DNA of 64,000 nt from Tubulanus polymorphus (Eukaryota; Animalia; Nemertea), in the NCBI RefSeq assembly GCF_964204645.1, contig NC_134026.1, forward strand, positions 4,487,950 through 4,551,949. Direction: 5' to 3'. Under the pieces are notes generated by a model, which searched no databases, was not told where the DNA came from, and was given only the letters and a program-made list of their open reading frames with translations. Made by a program: the position numbers and the translations under genes. Shown one piece after another: positions 37,201-49,200 of the stretch (its first letter is position 1; each line of letters begins with the position of its first letter).

Positions 37201-39327
37201 AATTGGTTATATCTATGTTACTCTTTCGTGCTATCGACGGTAAACTTGTCTTCGTTATCTAGAACGTCTGCAAGGTTTTATTTGTCTTTGTGATTTTCAT
37301 TTGAATCAAATCATCTCAATTTTACATATTCTTGTGACAAATGCAATTTTAATGAAGCACATTGAAATAGAACACACTCATTGGGTTTGTAGCAAGTCTG
37401 ATAGATACTTTTGGAAAATTTAGAATAGGTCCCGATTAGTACTTACTTCTCACGTAAAATCCTGAAAGTGCTTACTTTTTGGACTTGATGTCATCACAAA
37501 CTGACAAATTGTATTACTGACTGTAGACGTTGCCACCTAATCATTAATTTAGAAAAATGTCGGGAACTTGTCTTTGGATCTAGTAAAAAGTGCTGACTTT
37601 CGACATGAGAAAAAGCTGAAAAGTGCTGACTTTTTGGACGAATTCTATAACTGTGTATTTGCAAATTCGACTCGGCCTATTATTGAGACATTGCCACTTA
37701 ATCTTTGATTTAGATAAATGCTGTGAACAAGTCTTTCGATTTAGGAAAAAGTGCCGAATTTTGTCTTGGCCTGACTGCTACAAACCCTGAATCATCAATA
37801 TGTCAACTTATCTTAACATCAAGTGCCATTTTTTCATTGACTTGTTAACGCAGTTTTCACTGGGACCGGGTGCTTATACATCGGTGACACGTTTACACCG
37901 AGGAAGTGAAGTACGATTTTCAAAGCTGTTTTCTATTTTTCAGGTTGATGATTGAAGCGGTAGATGGCGACCGCATCGCCAAAGCGGCTGCTAATTCAAT
38001 ACCAGTCGTTTCTACTACACTAGGTGCGTATGAAAGGCTTAGATATTCTTGAAAATTGAAGATGAATTTTTCGTGTTATGCGTTTTACAAATATTATATT
38101 GTTCGTTACGTTGTTTTGTTATTGTATTGTAATACGAGGGGAACTGGTTTGTTATGAAAAAATGCCTTCACCTCTGATTAACAAATACATCTTGATCGCT
38201 GACCTTCAATTTTGTTTATCCAAACAGAATTGTATTAATTTGCAACTTGGAATTAAAGACTGGTTTTCTTCGAAATCTCTCGTTTAGCCTTCGACTCTGA
38301 TTAGCAAATACATCATCTTCTTGACCGCTAACCCTTAATTACATTCGTAGTAACAGAATTGTATTTCCTGTTTTACCATATTTGGTTTTACAATTCAACG
38401 TGTAGTTAATCTACTGTTTACAGGTACATTGAAGTATATTTCAATAAGGAAAGAGTCGTTTAACACCCTGGAAATCATATGCAAGAAGATAAGAGGTACG
38501 TAATTATCAGACACAATTATCTTCTTGACAACAAGTGATCGTCAATCAAATATATGCAATGAATTCAGAAACAACTTGGAAATATGAAAATGTTAAAAAC
38601 CAGGATAAGGAATGAATGATCAATTACTGATTATGATTTTCTTTGCGGGAATCAACATTTTGAGGGAATTAAGATTGTACAGTGGAATCTCATTAAACAA
38701 TCAACTTTGCTTAGGTCGGGATCAATTTTGATGGTACCGAATTTTTCCTTCTCTTTTTCAAATTTACATTTCGAAGACAGATTTTGAAAGTCGGAAACTC
38801 GCCTATATCTCGTAGTACTTCTCTTGATCCCAAAATAGAAAATCGTTAATAGTTAAATCGACTTAAGCCGTAGGACTTTTCTTGGTCCCAAAATATCGGA
38901 CTTACACAAGGTTTACTGTAATTTCCAATCTACCAATCTCTTGATTATAACCGATAGTTTACTGTATTCGGTATGAAGTTATTACAATATTGTCCTATTT
39001 TAGGGACGAAATTCTAGGTTTCTAATTACGAACAATCGTTGTGTATATGAGGTCGTTATAACGAGGTTCCACTGAAGTAATTAGTTGTAACGTTTCTTCT
39101 TTGGTTGCAGCGCAACTTCGTTTGTATGAATCTTTCTCACGACTTCACATTATTCTGTAGATAATAACCTGTTCAAGAACGTGCCACGCTCTGTACTAGA
39201 CGAACTCCGAGAAGCGGTCGGCGCCCGATTACAGGACAATATGCCCGAATTGCAAGAACGCGCGAAGCTTTTCATGAAAACAATAAATTCGTTGACTACT
39301 GATACAACTATGGACATAACCCAGTGA
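22230..39327 (+). CDS. ECM29: Proteasome adapter and scaffold protein ECM29 (HEAT repeats), about 45-50 short exons
   Basis: Exon 1 22230-22263 [11 protein letters not shown]; exon 2 22868-22998 [44 protein letters not shown]; exon 3 [21 protein letters not shown]; later [63 protein letters not shown], all recognisable Ecm29 blocks. Last exons 37944-38022, 38424-38495, 39161-39327 (TGA). Confidence 0.95.
26116..26161 (+). ncRNA. Minimal type I hammerhead ribozyme (HHR2) in ECM29 intron 25975-26218
   Basis: ttct-CTGATGA-t-ggagtttt(tagtc)aagacttc-GAAA-ctg-TC-agaa: stem I ttct/agaa, 8-bp stem II, canonical GUC triplet, AATAAA at 26160-26165; downstream tail resembles that of HHR1. Confidence 0.8.
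31510..31708. mobile_element. piggyBac-like MITE, family B, internally deleted copy in ECM29 intron
   Basis: CCTTTCAGTGC ... GCACTGAAAGGG-TTAA; reverse-complement homologue of 34355-34618. Confidence 0.8.
34355..34618. mobile_element. piggyBac-like MITE, family B
   Basis: TTAA-CCCTTTCAGTGC ... GCACTGAAAGGG-TTAA: TTAA TSD and CCC start are typical of piggyBac. Confidence 0.85.
34709..35845 (-). CDS. Intronless rhodopsin-family (class A) GPCR, peptide-receptor-like, nested antisense in ECM29 intron 34250-37943
   Basis: 378-aa ORF with 7 hydrophobic segments and motifs GN (TM1), LAVHD (TM2), [11 protein letters not shown] (TM6), NPVLY (TM7), helix 8 FR. Confidence 0.92.
   Translation of the reverse strand: MKLVECMQKFSTANDSLNITEFKREYIRSYAYCLYNFDTKTWETIEMTTLLVFLTIVGVIGNILVIVVYAKHQTKPTTTYFIIALAVHDLLLSGILMPYQTIISYVLIPRRAMWICGVIEWFNDTLLITSVFFLVEIAVDRYYAVCRPLKFAITPRRARKIIAITVIACALQGIPSSISEGGFVYAPYRNSTVYLYTGDYKEGTDLRYIKPTGKAVMDRYFFFLFIALSLTIIVCYVHVFVVVCKRMRAKKATRPAGSSDDAVTNSTDSTEMSTVSTVADDRPRSTYHNTIIQPSVKKSASIEQRRAVKLAQVLLVVTLVFIFSWLPYFGIRLKLVKDHKALSVTYFLSNALNPVLYCFTNVRFRTDVRKLFQSCIYR
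37381..37789. mobile_element. Degenerate hAT-like MITE in ECM29 intron
   Basis: GGGTTTGTAGCA ... TGCTACAAACCC termini; internal aaaagtgctgacttt repeats; no TSD found. Confidence 0.55.
38680..39074. mobile_element. Tc1/mariner-pogo-like MITE(s) in last ECM29 intron
   Basis: ta-CAGTGGAATCTC ... GAGGTTCCACTG termini; same TIR type as 59492. Confidence 0.55.
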
Positions 39328-40416
39328 CAAGTATCTATTGGGTGACAAACGGAATGTAAGGGTGAACTGATGACTTGACAGCGGATGAGAACCTTAAATT
39401 TGTAAATTTTGATTGTAAATCTTCAGCGTATCTAGACTGTTTCCTTTGTTCAAATGGAAACGTTATTTGGGTCCACTCGCTCGTTTAGATATCGAAATCT
39501 CATATTATTTGAAAGCCATAATTACTAAAACCTTTTAAGAGTTTTTCATGTTCTTACTTTTATTATCATTATCCTTGTTAATCATTCGGAAAAAGTCACT
39601 AAGCGTGAATTAAAAATCATAAATGCCTGAAAATGGTATATATAGGTTGCAAATAGCGCGCAAATCGCGAGAAAAGAATAGCTTAGTATCGAACTTATGT
39701 ACTCGCATCACGATTACGGAAACCCATGACCTAGCCGTATATTAATTGCTCACTCATTTAATTACCCTTTCATTATGTCTATTAATTATGATCGTAATTT
39801 TTCATCGTATGGCATATCAGACTATTATGAGCTTTTATGAATTTAGGAGTGTTCTCAAAATGCGCAAAAGCGAAATTTTCTCGATATATTCTTTCAATTG
39901 GTCCGTGAATCATCGCAGCCCACACATCTACTTTCTTATTTTATTTATGGGTGCGTAAAACGTGTAGTAATTTTGTTTTAACACAGACAGCTGTTTTTGT
40001 TAGTTCTCCGTCGTACGATCGATTTTCGAATTACGCACATGTTCTGAATCTGTGTTTATCTGAGTGAGATATTATTGTTTTCATCTGCGGAAATTAATTG
40101 TGTAAATAAAAGAATTCTATATCACTCTGAAATGACTCGAGTTGTTGTAATTGGAGGAGACGAACGGTTTTTTTTTAAGAGTCGTTTAGTAACCGGAGAT
40201 GCTTCGAATCTTCAACGAGGAATCTGTGGTATCAGGGAAGTCCGCTAGAATGGAAGTCGTCCGTAGTTGTTATCTTTAGGCCCATTTCGATTGCGTTCTT
40301 CCAGAACAGGAAATATCTACTTTCTCTTCCGATTCCGGCGTTTGAAAGTTTTTCGTCCGTGTGTGGGTGTCTGTCTTCTGGAAGAGCACACTTGAAAAGG
40401 GCCTTGTTGAAATAAC

Positions 40417-40454
40417 CAGGGAGGTGGGAGTGAAAAATCACTCCCACCTCCCTG
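40417..40454. mobile_element. 38-bp perfect hairpin insertion with 7-bp flanking direct repeat
   Basis: aaataac-CAGGGAGGTGGGAGTGA-aaaa-TCACTCCCACCTCCCTG-aaataac. Confidence 0.7.
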
Positions 40455-40500
40455 AAATAACGAAATATTCAACACACTTTAATTGTCGTTTACAGGTACA

Positions 40501-40755
40501 CTGTCAGGGGCGGATCCAGTAGGGGGTGCGCTCCCCCCTAAAAATGTCAGTGTTGTCCTGAATTGAACAGGAAAATGAAAAGTATTAAACTTTTATCTAA
40601 AACGGTTTAAATTCATAAGCGGGTTTTCTGTATTTCTAAAAATGAGTTAATGTTTTCCGGTGAGCTTTCTTTCGGGTGTCCTTTTTTAATCATATGATAC
40701 GCCCTATTTTGTGGGTACACCTGTCCCCGACGTAGACCCTTGATCCGCCCGACAG
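40501..40755. mobile_element. hAT-like MITE remnant
   Basis: CAGGGGCGGATCCAG start and GATCCGCCC near the other end. Confidence 0.5.
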
Positions 40756-41027
40756 ACGCCCTGCCCTGTTCGATAGGAAGATATAGGAAGGAACGTCGGT
40801 CAGACCGGTTGAGTTATAGCAACTGCTGAATATCCTGAACGGTGTGCGAGCGAGCACGTTACGCGGCTCCTGGAATATTTTACCCAACCGCAACGATCTA
40901 ACTCTACAAACAGAGAACCACCTAAAATAAATATGTAACTATGTACCCGGAAAAAACAGCAAATTTCCTGTTTAAGCCTTATCACAGTATGTACAGAGCT
41001 ATTTTCGGGTTATCAAAACGGGATTCA

Positions 41028-41173
<146 letters not shown>

Positions 41174-43076
41174 ATCTTTTCTAAGCATTTGCATAGATGT
41201 AAGTTGTTAATTCTGAGTTAGAATTGTAATTCTTTTTTCAAATATATGATACTTCGAATTTACGAAACCAGGAACTCTGGGGAACCAGAGAATGTGGATA
41301 CCCTTGATTGCATTTTTAAACCATCGGTCATCCGTTCTAGCAAAATGGTAACCACTGACTGGCGATTACGGCGAAGTCAAAAGTTGTATACTTTCACTTG
41401 GTTCATAATTGCATCCCTGTTTATTCAACGCCATTAATTACTATTTCACACCTCTGCATTGTGGGGGGTTGTTGAATTTCAGCGAAAATTTATTTGTAGG
41501 AGTGTGGTGGCCGGCCTTGCGGATATACGAAATGCCTTAATTATCATCAGCCGATCCTCTTGATATATTTGATACTGAATAGAAGCTATGATCCATAATT
41601 TGTTCTAAATTCACTATGTTCATTTTATCAGCCAAAAGGCCCAGATTTCAGTCTGGATATCAAATACTCGGTATATATATACTCATTCTTAGTGTTGGGT
41701 TGTGTCAACATACAAGGTGCTTATGCCTTTCGGTGTTATTTTTTTATTAAGTACCAATTATTTCGCCCCTTATTATTAGTATAATGCAAACGGTCTGCGG
41801 CGCACATTGTGTAAACAGAACTATCAGAATGATTTGATCTGATGTATTAAACAGCGATGTATTTATGGACGGGTAAGTTTTGATTCGCTGCCGGTCGCTT
41901 ATTGTTGTTATCGGAGTGCATCCGATTTTACAGCTGCGAATCAGACCCGGATCCCTCAGGCACACACAGACGAAACATTTCGGATTGTTGATATCGTTTT
42001 GTCATTCTGCACCTCAACTTACTTCTAGCGAGAGTTCCGCTAAAATCAGATCCGATCAGTACGAAGAAAAACAACGCGAATACTGCTGTGATTTGGCTTT
42101 ATCCGGATGCTCGCGCCTGCAAACTTGGATATATTTCTATGTCAATTGTTCTTAGAATATATATCGCGTTTCTGTACAGAAAATGCGACATTTTCATATA
42201 CACACGTACATCGCATAGAGAGCTCTTCGTGTTGACATTTTAAAGAAAACTGCAATAATCCCAGAGTAATGCTCGACGGTGACATTTCTTCTTATTAAGA
42301 AATTAACATTCTTTCGAAGATAGAAAAAAATTCACGACATTTTCGCGCCTCAAGGCGGTGGTTATAGCTATACACATATATACATCTATTATTATGGAGC
42401 TGGAACATTTTTGTTGGAACGGAATATTTTGATTAAGATTTGGCGCAGTCAGACCCAATCAGCCAGCGACACAATTATAAAACATTGTTCCGGTAATTGG
42501 CCCAGGATTATTTGTGTTTCGAGCTATTTGGTCGTGTGATTTATCGAACAAGTATGTTGATTGAAAGTTTTTAAGGTTGGTTCGTGACTGGAAGTTTAGT
42601 CTATAAAGGGTATACACGCCGTGGTTTGCCTCTCATTTACGAAACCGAGCCGCGTTGCTACATTAAACATTTTTGGCCAACTTCCATTTTATATCTTCAA
42701 TAGTAGTTGAATAGTCTATGCGAGTGAATATGATCAATAATTAGGACATTAAGGGATGTGCAATGGGATTTTTAGGAAGATCGCAGACGAAGCAGAACAA
42801 AGTTCAAGGAAAACCGGTTTTCAACAATATAATGCTGGAGAGAATGGGTTGATATTCAAACGGGCGGAGACCAGCCGTTTTGCGCGACATATATTTACGT
42901 GATGGATTTAACACTTTAGTGATGTCGTTTCTGTTTATTTATAGCAAATGCAACAACAATAAGATCGAGGATCACAAGAATTCACAAATTTGATCATTCT
43001 TATTATCGCGGAGCCCGGATACTGTATCTTTTGTTTTCTTTTTTCGGATAAAAGCCTCGAAGAACAAAAGACTATA

Positions 43077-44078
43077 ATGGCGGCGGAGGATACACGAGCT
43101 GTTTTTCAAGTTGTTGACACAATAGTTATCGTGTTGTTCATATCGGTGGGAATTATCGGTAACTTGTTGATAATATTGGCGTATATATTGACGAAAAAAC
43201 TACGAACGACGACGAACGCGTTTATTTTCAACGTAGCGCTATCGGATCTGTTCGTAACCGGATTCGGGATGGCGACGGTTCTGGCTAATATCTTACGAGG
43301 TGGGAACGCTTTGCCGCGGGAGTTGTGCCTGTTCACCGGCTGGTTGATCGTAACTTCGTGCGGTGTTTCGCTGCTTAGTTTGTGCCTTATAGCGTTCAAT
43401 CGCTACATACGTATCTGCCATAGCGCCAAATATAACAAGATATTCAGAAGAAATCACACAGTCTTTATGATTCTTGCCGTTTGGTTTACGGCCATCGGAG
43501 TCGTTATGTTGGGTATCTTCTCCGGCGCTTGCGTTTACCGCTACGACCCAATACAGTGGGTATGTACGTTCAATAACCGCACCCCAAAACCGTGTTCGAT
43601 CATGCTGACCGCTATCGGAATCGCCGTGCCTTCACTCCTTTCGTTTTTATTTTACATCCGAATCTACGGCAAACTTCGCCAGTCGAACAATCGTCTGAGC
43701 GTCCACGTAAACAATTCTGGCGTGTTGCCTTCGTCTGCAAGGAAAGCGCCAGCTTCAAACCGAAAAGAAAGACGGGCAGTGTTTATGCTGTTTATCGCAT
43801 TTTTCCTGTTCGTGTTGGTATGGTACCCGTACGGTATCGTGATGATCGTCGATTCGTATGTCGGCTGCCCGAACCTTTTGATAAAAATAGTCACATGGTT
43901 GGCGTTCAGTAATTCGTGTATAAACTGGATCGTTTACGGCGCGATGAACAAAAACTTTCAGCAAGGATACAAAAATGCGCTGCTCTTCTGGAGCAAACGT
44001 TGGCAGACAAACGTAGATGACCGAATGAGCATAACAACGGCACCGCTGCCGACCACGAGTAGCACCAGTTACTCGTAA
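43077..44078 (+). CDS. Melatonin-receptor-like class A GPCR, single coding exon, ~333 aa from ATG 43077
   Basis: NRYIRICHS instead of DRY, ECL2 YDPIQWVCTF, TM7 FSNSCINWIVYGAMNKNF: hallmarks of the melatonin receptor group. Ligand not established. Confidence 0.85.
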   Translation: MAAEDTRAVFQVVDTIVIVLFISVGIIGNLLIILAYILTKKLRTTTNAFIFNVALSDLFVTGFGMATVLANILRGGNALPRELCLFTGWLIVTSCGVSLLSLCLIAFNRYIRICHSAKYNKIFRRNHTVFMILAVWFTAIGVVMLGIFSGACVYRYDPIQWVCTFNNRTPKPCSIMLTAIGIAVPSLLSFLFYIRIYGKLRQSNNRLSVHVNNSGVLPSSARKAPASNRKERRAVFMLFIAFFLFVLVWYPYGIVMIVDSYVGCPNLLIKIVTWLAFSNSCINWIVYGAMNKNFQQGYKNALLFWSKRWQTNVDDRMSITTAPLPTTSSTSYS

Positions 44079-44316
44079 CTCTACAGGACTGTAAAAAAAC
44101 AATCGCTTGAAAATAATCGTTTAAATTGTAATTTAAGAAGAGTAGATGGAAATGATATTCAAGAGGGAAATAAATGTCATAATTGTTGTTTGTAAAAATT
44201 GATATTATCTTTAGCCAGGTATGCAGAGGTTGTGCAAGAAATGAAAGTCACCTGATTATTGACACGTACAGAGGCTAGACAAAGGATGAGTAGACCAATT
44301 AAACTCTGTAATGACT

Positions 44317-44618
44317 CTCGTGACAGACTAAGTGAAATTCATAGGTGAATTTACTCGGCGAATCGATATACGCGATGCAGATTCTCGGCGCGAAGACTTG
44401 ATTCGCTGAATTAATTCGTCGGTCAAATGATCACATGATGATTCAGTATGTATTTTTCGCCGAATTTATTAGGTGGAGTTGATACACATGGGCTAGATTA
44501 GCAATTCGGCGATGTTTGATTCGCGCGGGTCGATTTGCCGAGACTACAAACAAAATTTACATCGCGTCCTGTGGTAATTCGGCGATTCGCTGATAAAATT
44601 CGCCTAGTCTGTCACGGG
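44317..44618. mobile_element. ~300-bp MITE
   Basis: CGTGACAGACTA ... TAGTCTGTCACG TIRs, with internal attcgcc/ggcgaat-like motifs. Confidence 0.6.
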
Positions 44619-45475
44619 TTTTATCTGACGCTTGCGAGGATTCGATCTCGGAACAGGCGGCGGTCCTAGTCATCGACCTCGCTTACCGGGACGATTATTG
44701 CTGTGCTTGACCAAAATCCACATGTGACTCTGGCGTCATCCAGTCGTGACCAAGAATATTCGGTGACATCATTTATTTTCAAGGAAAACTCTTTCGCTAT
44801 AGTTCGCGAATTCAATGAATGTTAATGCCCTTTGATGCTAAAGTTCAGCCGGCGGCCATATCTATCCAAGCAAAATCAATTGATTATATTTACGTATCCC
44901 GGCTTATTCCCCGATTGGCGTCAGTCTAGAAAAGTTACTATATACAACGGTCAAACCTGGTAAAAACAGCGCAGACGATTTTCAGTTTGTATTAGTACAC
45001 AAAAATACAGCCGTCGACATTATAGTCTAAACTGAATGAAATATGTTTAGCAGCAGCACTTTCGTTTGTATACGATGCTCTTTGTCAAGTTTGAGTATTG
45101 TTTGAATTTGAAATGAAACAAACCGTCTTTTTTGTTTTAAAAGAAGAACCAACAGTGAATGTATCGGATACAGACAGTTACACCGCTTACCTCGGATCTC
45201 GCCGTACCAATAGCTTTTCTCCGAGGTGTAAAAGCTAACTTTCGTGTTAACTATTCTAGGCAGTAAAAAGAAGCCGGAATGCGATGTTCACGATGTGTTT
45301 TGTTTTGAATGCCTAGAATATTAGAATATTTTGATTCACTGATTCGTGAGGGAAGGTATAATATAAAAAGTTTTGATATAATTTGAAGTACCGATTGGCC
45401 ATTGCCTATTTACTGGAAGAAGCATATGCGCATGTTGTTTTACAGTGACCTATGAGTGAACTACCTAGTATGGCT

Positions 45476-45642
45476 GAGCTAAACGATTATCCGACGTTGG
45501 TGAATCAAATGACGGATTCTTATTTGAAAATGAATTGATAAGGAAAAATCTGAAAATATTTTTCGGGGTTAGGGAGTCCTGGGTAAGCGACTCTAGAGAG
45601 AGTCTAGTTAATAGATACCTTATCAGATTTTTGTTACCGTTG
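45476..45642. repeat. Dispersed repeat; second diverged copy at ~48221-48380 in an NWD intron
   Basis: Shared agctaaacgattat...aaggaaaaatctgaaaatattttt...taccgttgc. Confidence 0.65.
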
Positions 45643-46225
45643 CTGAAGAAGAAAACGCAGTATAGAGACAAAAAATAGAATGTACAGATTGAAATGCTGA
45701 TGCACAGAAATAAACATACGAAATATAGATTTCAAATTATTTATGTCGCTTTGTTCCGCACGAATGTTTATTCAATGTAACACCGTTCATGTGGAAAATA
45801 AAAAACCGGTTAAGTATTTCCACAATATGCCTATGTACAAGTGTAGAAAAGCGGTCGTTCGGTTTTTTAGTAGTTTGTGCATGTATTTCCTCCATACGGC
45901 AGCTTTTTGACAGATCTTTTGTATTAATTATTCACGGATATATTTTCTGTCGGAGCTACGCGAGGCTTTGTTGTTTATAGGCCGTTGAAAAGGTTGAGTA
46001 CTGGCGCGGTGGTTGCTAATGGCGACATGTACACTATACAAACCTCAATGGCTGTCGGGGCCCTATGCAGAACCGTACTGAAATAAAACAAATATCTCGT
46101 TTCGAACCCGCATATATTTATACGCTATATCGAAATTAGCCAGCGTCTTGCAGATTACTGATCGATTTCAATAACAGTTGACGATGGAATCCGTTCTACT
46201 GGACACTAGATAAACGAAACACAAG

Positions 46226-49200
46226 ATGGACCAGCCGGGAAAACTACATCGAGATATAATCACTGGAAACATAGACGTTCGAGATATTCCAGATGTCCAA
46301 TCGAAGGTCATCCGCGTCTATCTCTGTTCGTCTTCACAGGGTAATTGAAACTTAATTGATTCTCTAGAAATGTTGAAAGGCTAGATTGGTGTTAGCATCG
46401 TTGATGTGCAAGATCTTCTCCGAAATAGTTTTCATACGATTTCTATTACAAAGTAAACTCATTAATATGAACTGAACCGTATACTTCTCAGTTAAGTGTG
46501 GAAAGTATCGTTACTTTTTGACGATCAATTCTTGCTTTTCTAGATTATTCATTTCGTTACTCAGTTCCTCATCTACTGAGGGGCGTTGCGTTGACTTTTG
46601 TGAGCTAGTTTTTCCTTGACTCTTACGGGTCCCGTGGATCTCTTGTAGATACAGTCGAGGAGAGGAATATTCTCGTCGAGACAGTTTATCCGAAATTACG
46701 AGAATACGCCAGGGAACAGTATGGCCTTGAGTTCCAGGTATATATCTATTTGCAAAATTTCATTTTGGAAAATTTCGATTGAATGAGAAAGAACTCTAAA
46801 ACAAACACTTTCTGTCGAACCAATTGAACCCACGGGTCATTTCGTACTAAAAATCTCGCCTTTCTATAAGCGCTAATGAGCTTTTACATGGTTTCCGTCA
46901 ATTACAGGTAGTAGATTTACACTGGGGTGTTCGTGACGAAATTTGGCATGACGGTCGGTACTGCGAATTTGCTCTGGCACAAATTAGCATATGTTGCGAA
47001 ACGTCAGTCGGTCCATATTTTGTGGTAGGTGATAGACTACTTAAGATCAATTCGACTAACAGGAATGTTGTAGTGGTTGAGTTTTCTGAGTCAGCAGTCA
47101 GTCGGAATTCTCTATCTCTGACCCTCCTTTTCTGCTGATGACCACATTTAAACATACCTCTCCTGCCTGTTCCATTCATAATCCAAAAATAACGCAAAGT
47201 ATTATATTACCCCAAAATATCTCAAAACACATATCTTAGTGTCCTAAAATTTGTATATCTATAAATATTTAGAGACCCCAACTTCCACGAAAGTTAGTTT
47301 CCTCCATAAATCCTTTAATGATTACTAAATACTATGGTTAGATCTTATCAATCATTACCAATTGGATGTGTGTAATTGCTAATACACATCATCAAATCGA
47401 TGATTTATTTGTTTATACGACCAATTTTAGGCAATATTGGGCCAGAAATACGGTAATTGGAGTTTACCTCGAATGATTCACAGCAGCACAATGGAAGAAA
47501 TTTTGTCGGCACTGAAGCGCCGCCGAAATAAGGACACCCGCGATTTCCCCTTATTGACCGACTGGTACGTCATCGACGAAAATGACGTCGAAAAAACATA
47601 CGTGCTCAAAAACATTGTAGACGTTTATCCTTACATAGCAATGAAGGTATGTGCGGAAATGGCATATGTTTTGATAGTAGGTGCAATATTTCATAGAACT
47701 ATCTAACGTTCTTTGAAATAATATAAACTAATAAAATGAATTTGATTTATCAATAATTTTCTGATAGCATAGACCCGCACATCATTTCCCTTGATGAGAT
47801 GATGTTGTTCATCGTAAAGGTGCATAAAAATCTTTAATGTGTAGATTTTACAATTCAACGAGTTAACACCACCCTTAAATTCTATGAGATGGCTTTAGAA
47901 ATATGTATTGTTTAGATACAATAATATCTACACATAATATATCGGGTATATGTGTTGAACATCCGAATCCTTTTCTTTTAAGAGATGTGAAAAATGTGTC
48001 ATTTTTTCAGGAGGAACCGGAGAAACAAGCCGAGGCACTGGCGAGCTGGCAGGAAACTGAAACCGCATTGAAACGTTTGATCAGAAAGGGAGTGGAATAC
48101 GCGACAACTGAGGGACAAATGGACGACATGCAACGACACCAATTACTTATGTCCGGTAAGGTTAAAAGCCATCTTTCAAAATCTATCACTTAAGAAATAC
48201 AGCACATTGTATTGAAAATAAAGCTAAACGATTATTCCACGTAAGCGACTCAAATAACGGATTTTTATTTCGAAAATTGATAGGAAAGGAAAAATCTGAA
48301 AATATTTTTTTCCGGGGCGAGCGATAATCCTCAGGGGTAATCGGCTCCGAAGTAAGTGTAGTCTATAGTTATACCGTTGCGGACAAGAATCATAAGAAGA
48401 ACAGTATTGAAAATTAAACTTTATATGTAATAAATGAATATCTTGGTGAAATATTTTCAGACTTCGACAGAGAGCTGGAATGTTGTATCATGCACGGAAA
48501 CGCGCCCGAAGATTCCTGCCTCGTGTTTCATAGGACGATCGTCGACGTAAAGAACTACATGAACGACGAGCGTGCTGCGAAATTCATCGATCTGTCGTAC
48601 AACGACTGCGAGGAGAAAATCGAAGTGGACACCGAATTTCAGGACATGCTCGCCGACACGATCGAAAAGAAAATACCGGCTTGGATCCCCGACGAGAACC
48701 GGCATCACTTCGACGTTCTGTGGAAATACGACGACGGTATCAATCCCGATTTGCACATGGAGTATTTACTCCAAAGCGCGCAGATCTTCAAAGATAAAAT
48801 GACAGCGCTAATCGACCGGCATTGCAGTAATTTAAAATCTCGCCTGAAGAACGCGTCCGACGATCAAGGGCTCTACCAACATGTTCTAGAGCATTGGCAT
48901 ATGACGAAATTGAACAGCAAAAATTTCTACATGAGAGAAGGTTTACTGGAAGTAGTAAAAGATTACATCTACGTGAACACGAATCAACCTCTGGTTTTAT
49001 ACGGGGATGTCGGTGTTGGAACGACCTCTCTTACTGCCAAGGTGCAAACAGAGGTGAATATTAGATTAAACCCTTAAAATACGGGGTAACATTTATTCAC
49101 ATAAACTCAATTTCTTGCTTTTGCGTCAGCACTGTTCATTCCTCTGTGGGAGGTCTACATGGTGTTAACGACCCCAATAATGCTACTCAAATTGCGTTAG

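Noticed and set aside
42990-43076. TTG-initiated N-terminal extension of the melatonin-like GPCR
   Set aside because: Non-ATG start from the ORF caller; ATG 43077 has a good context (ATAATGG).
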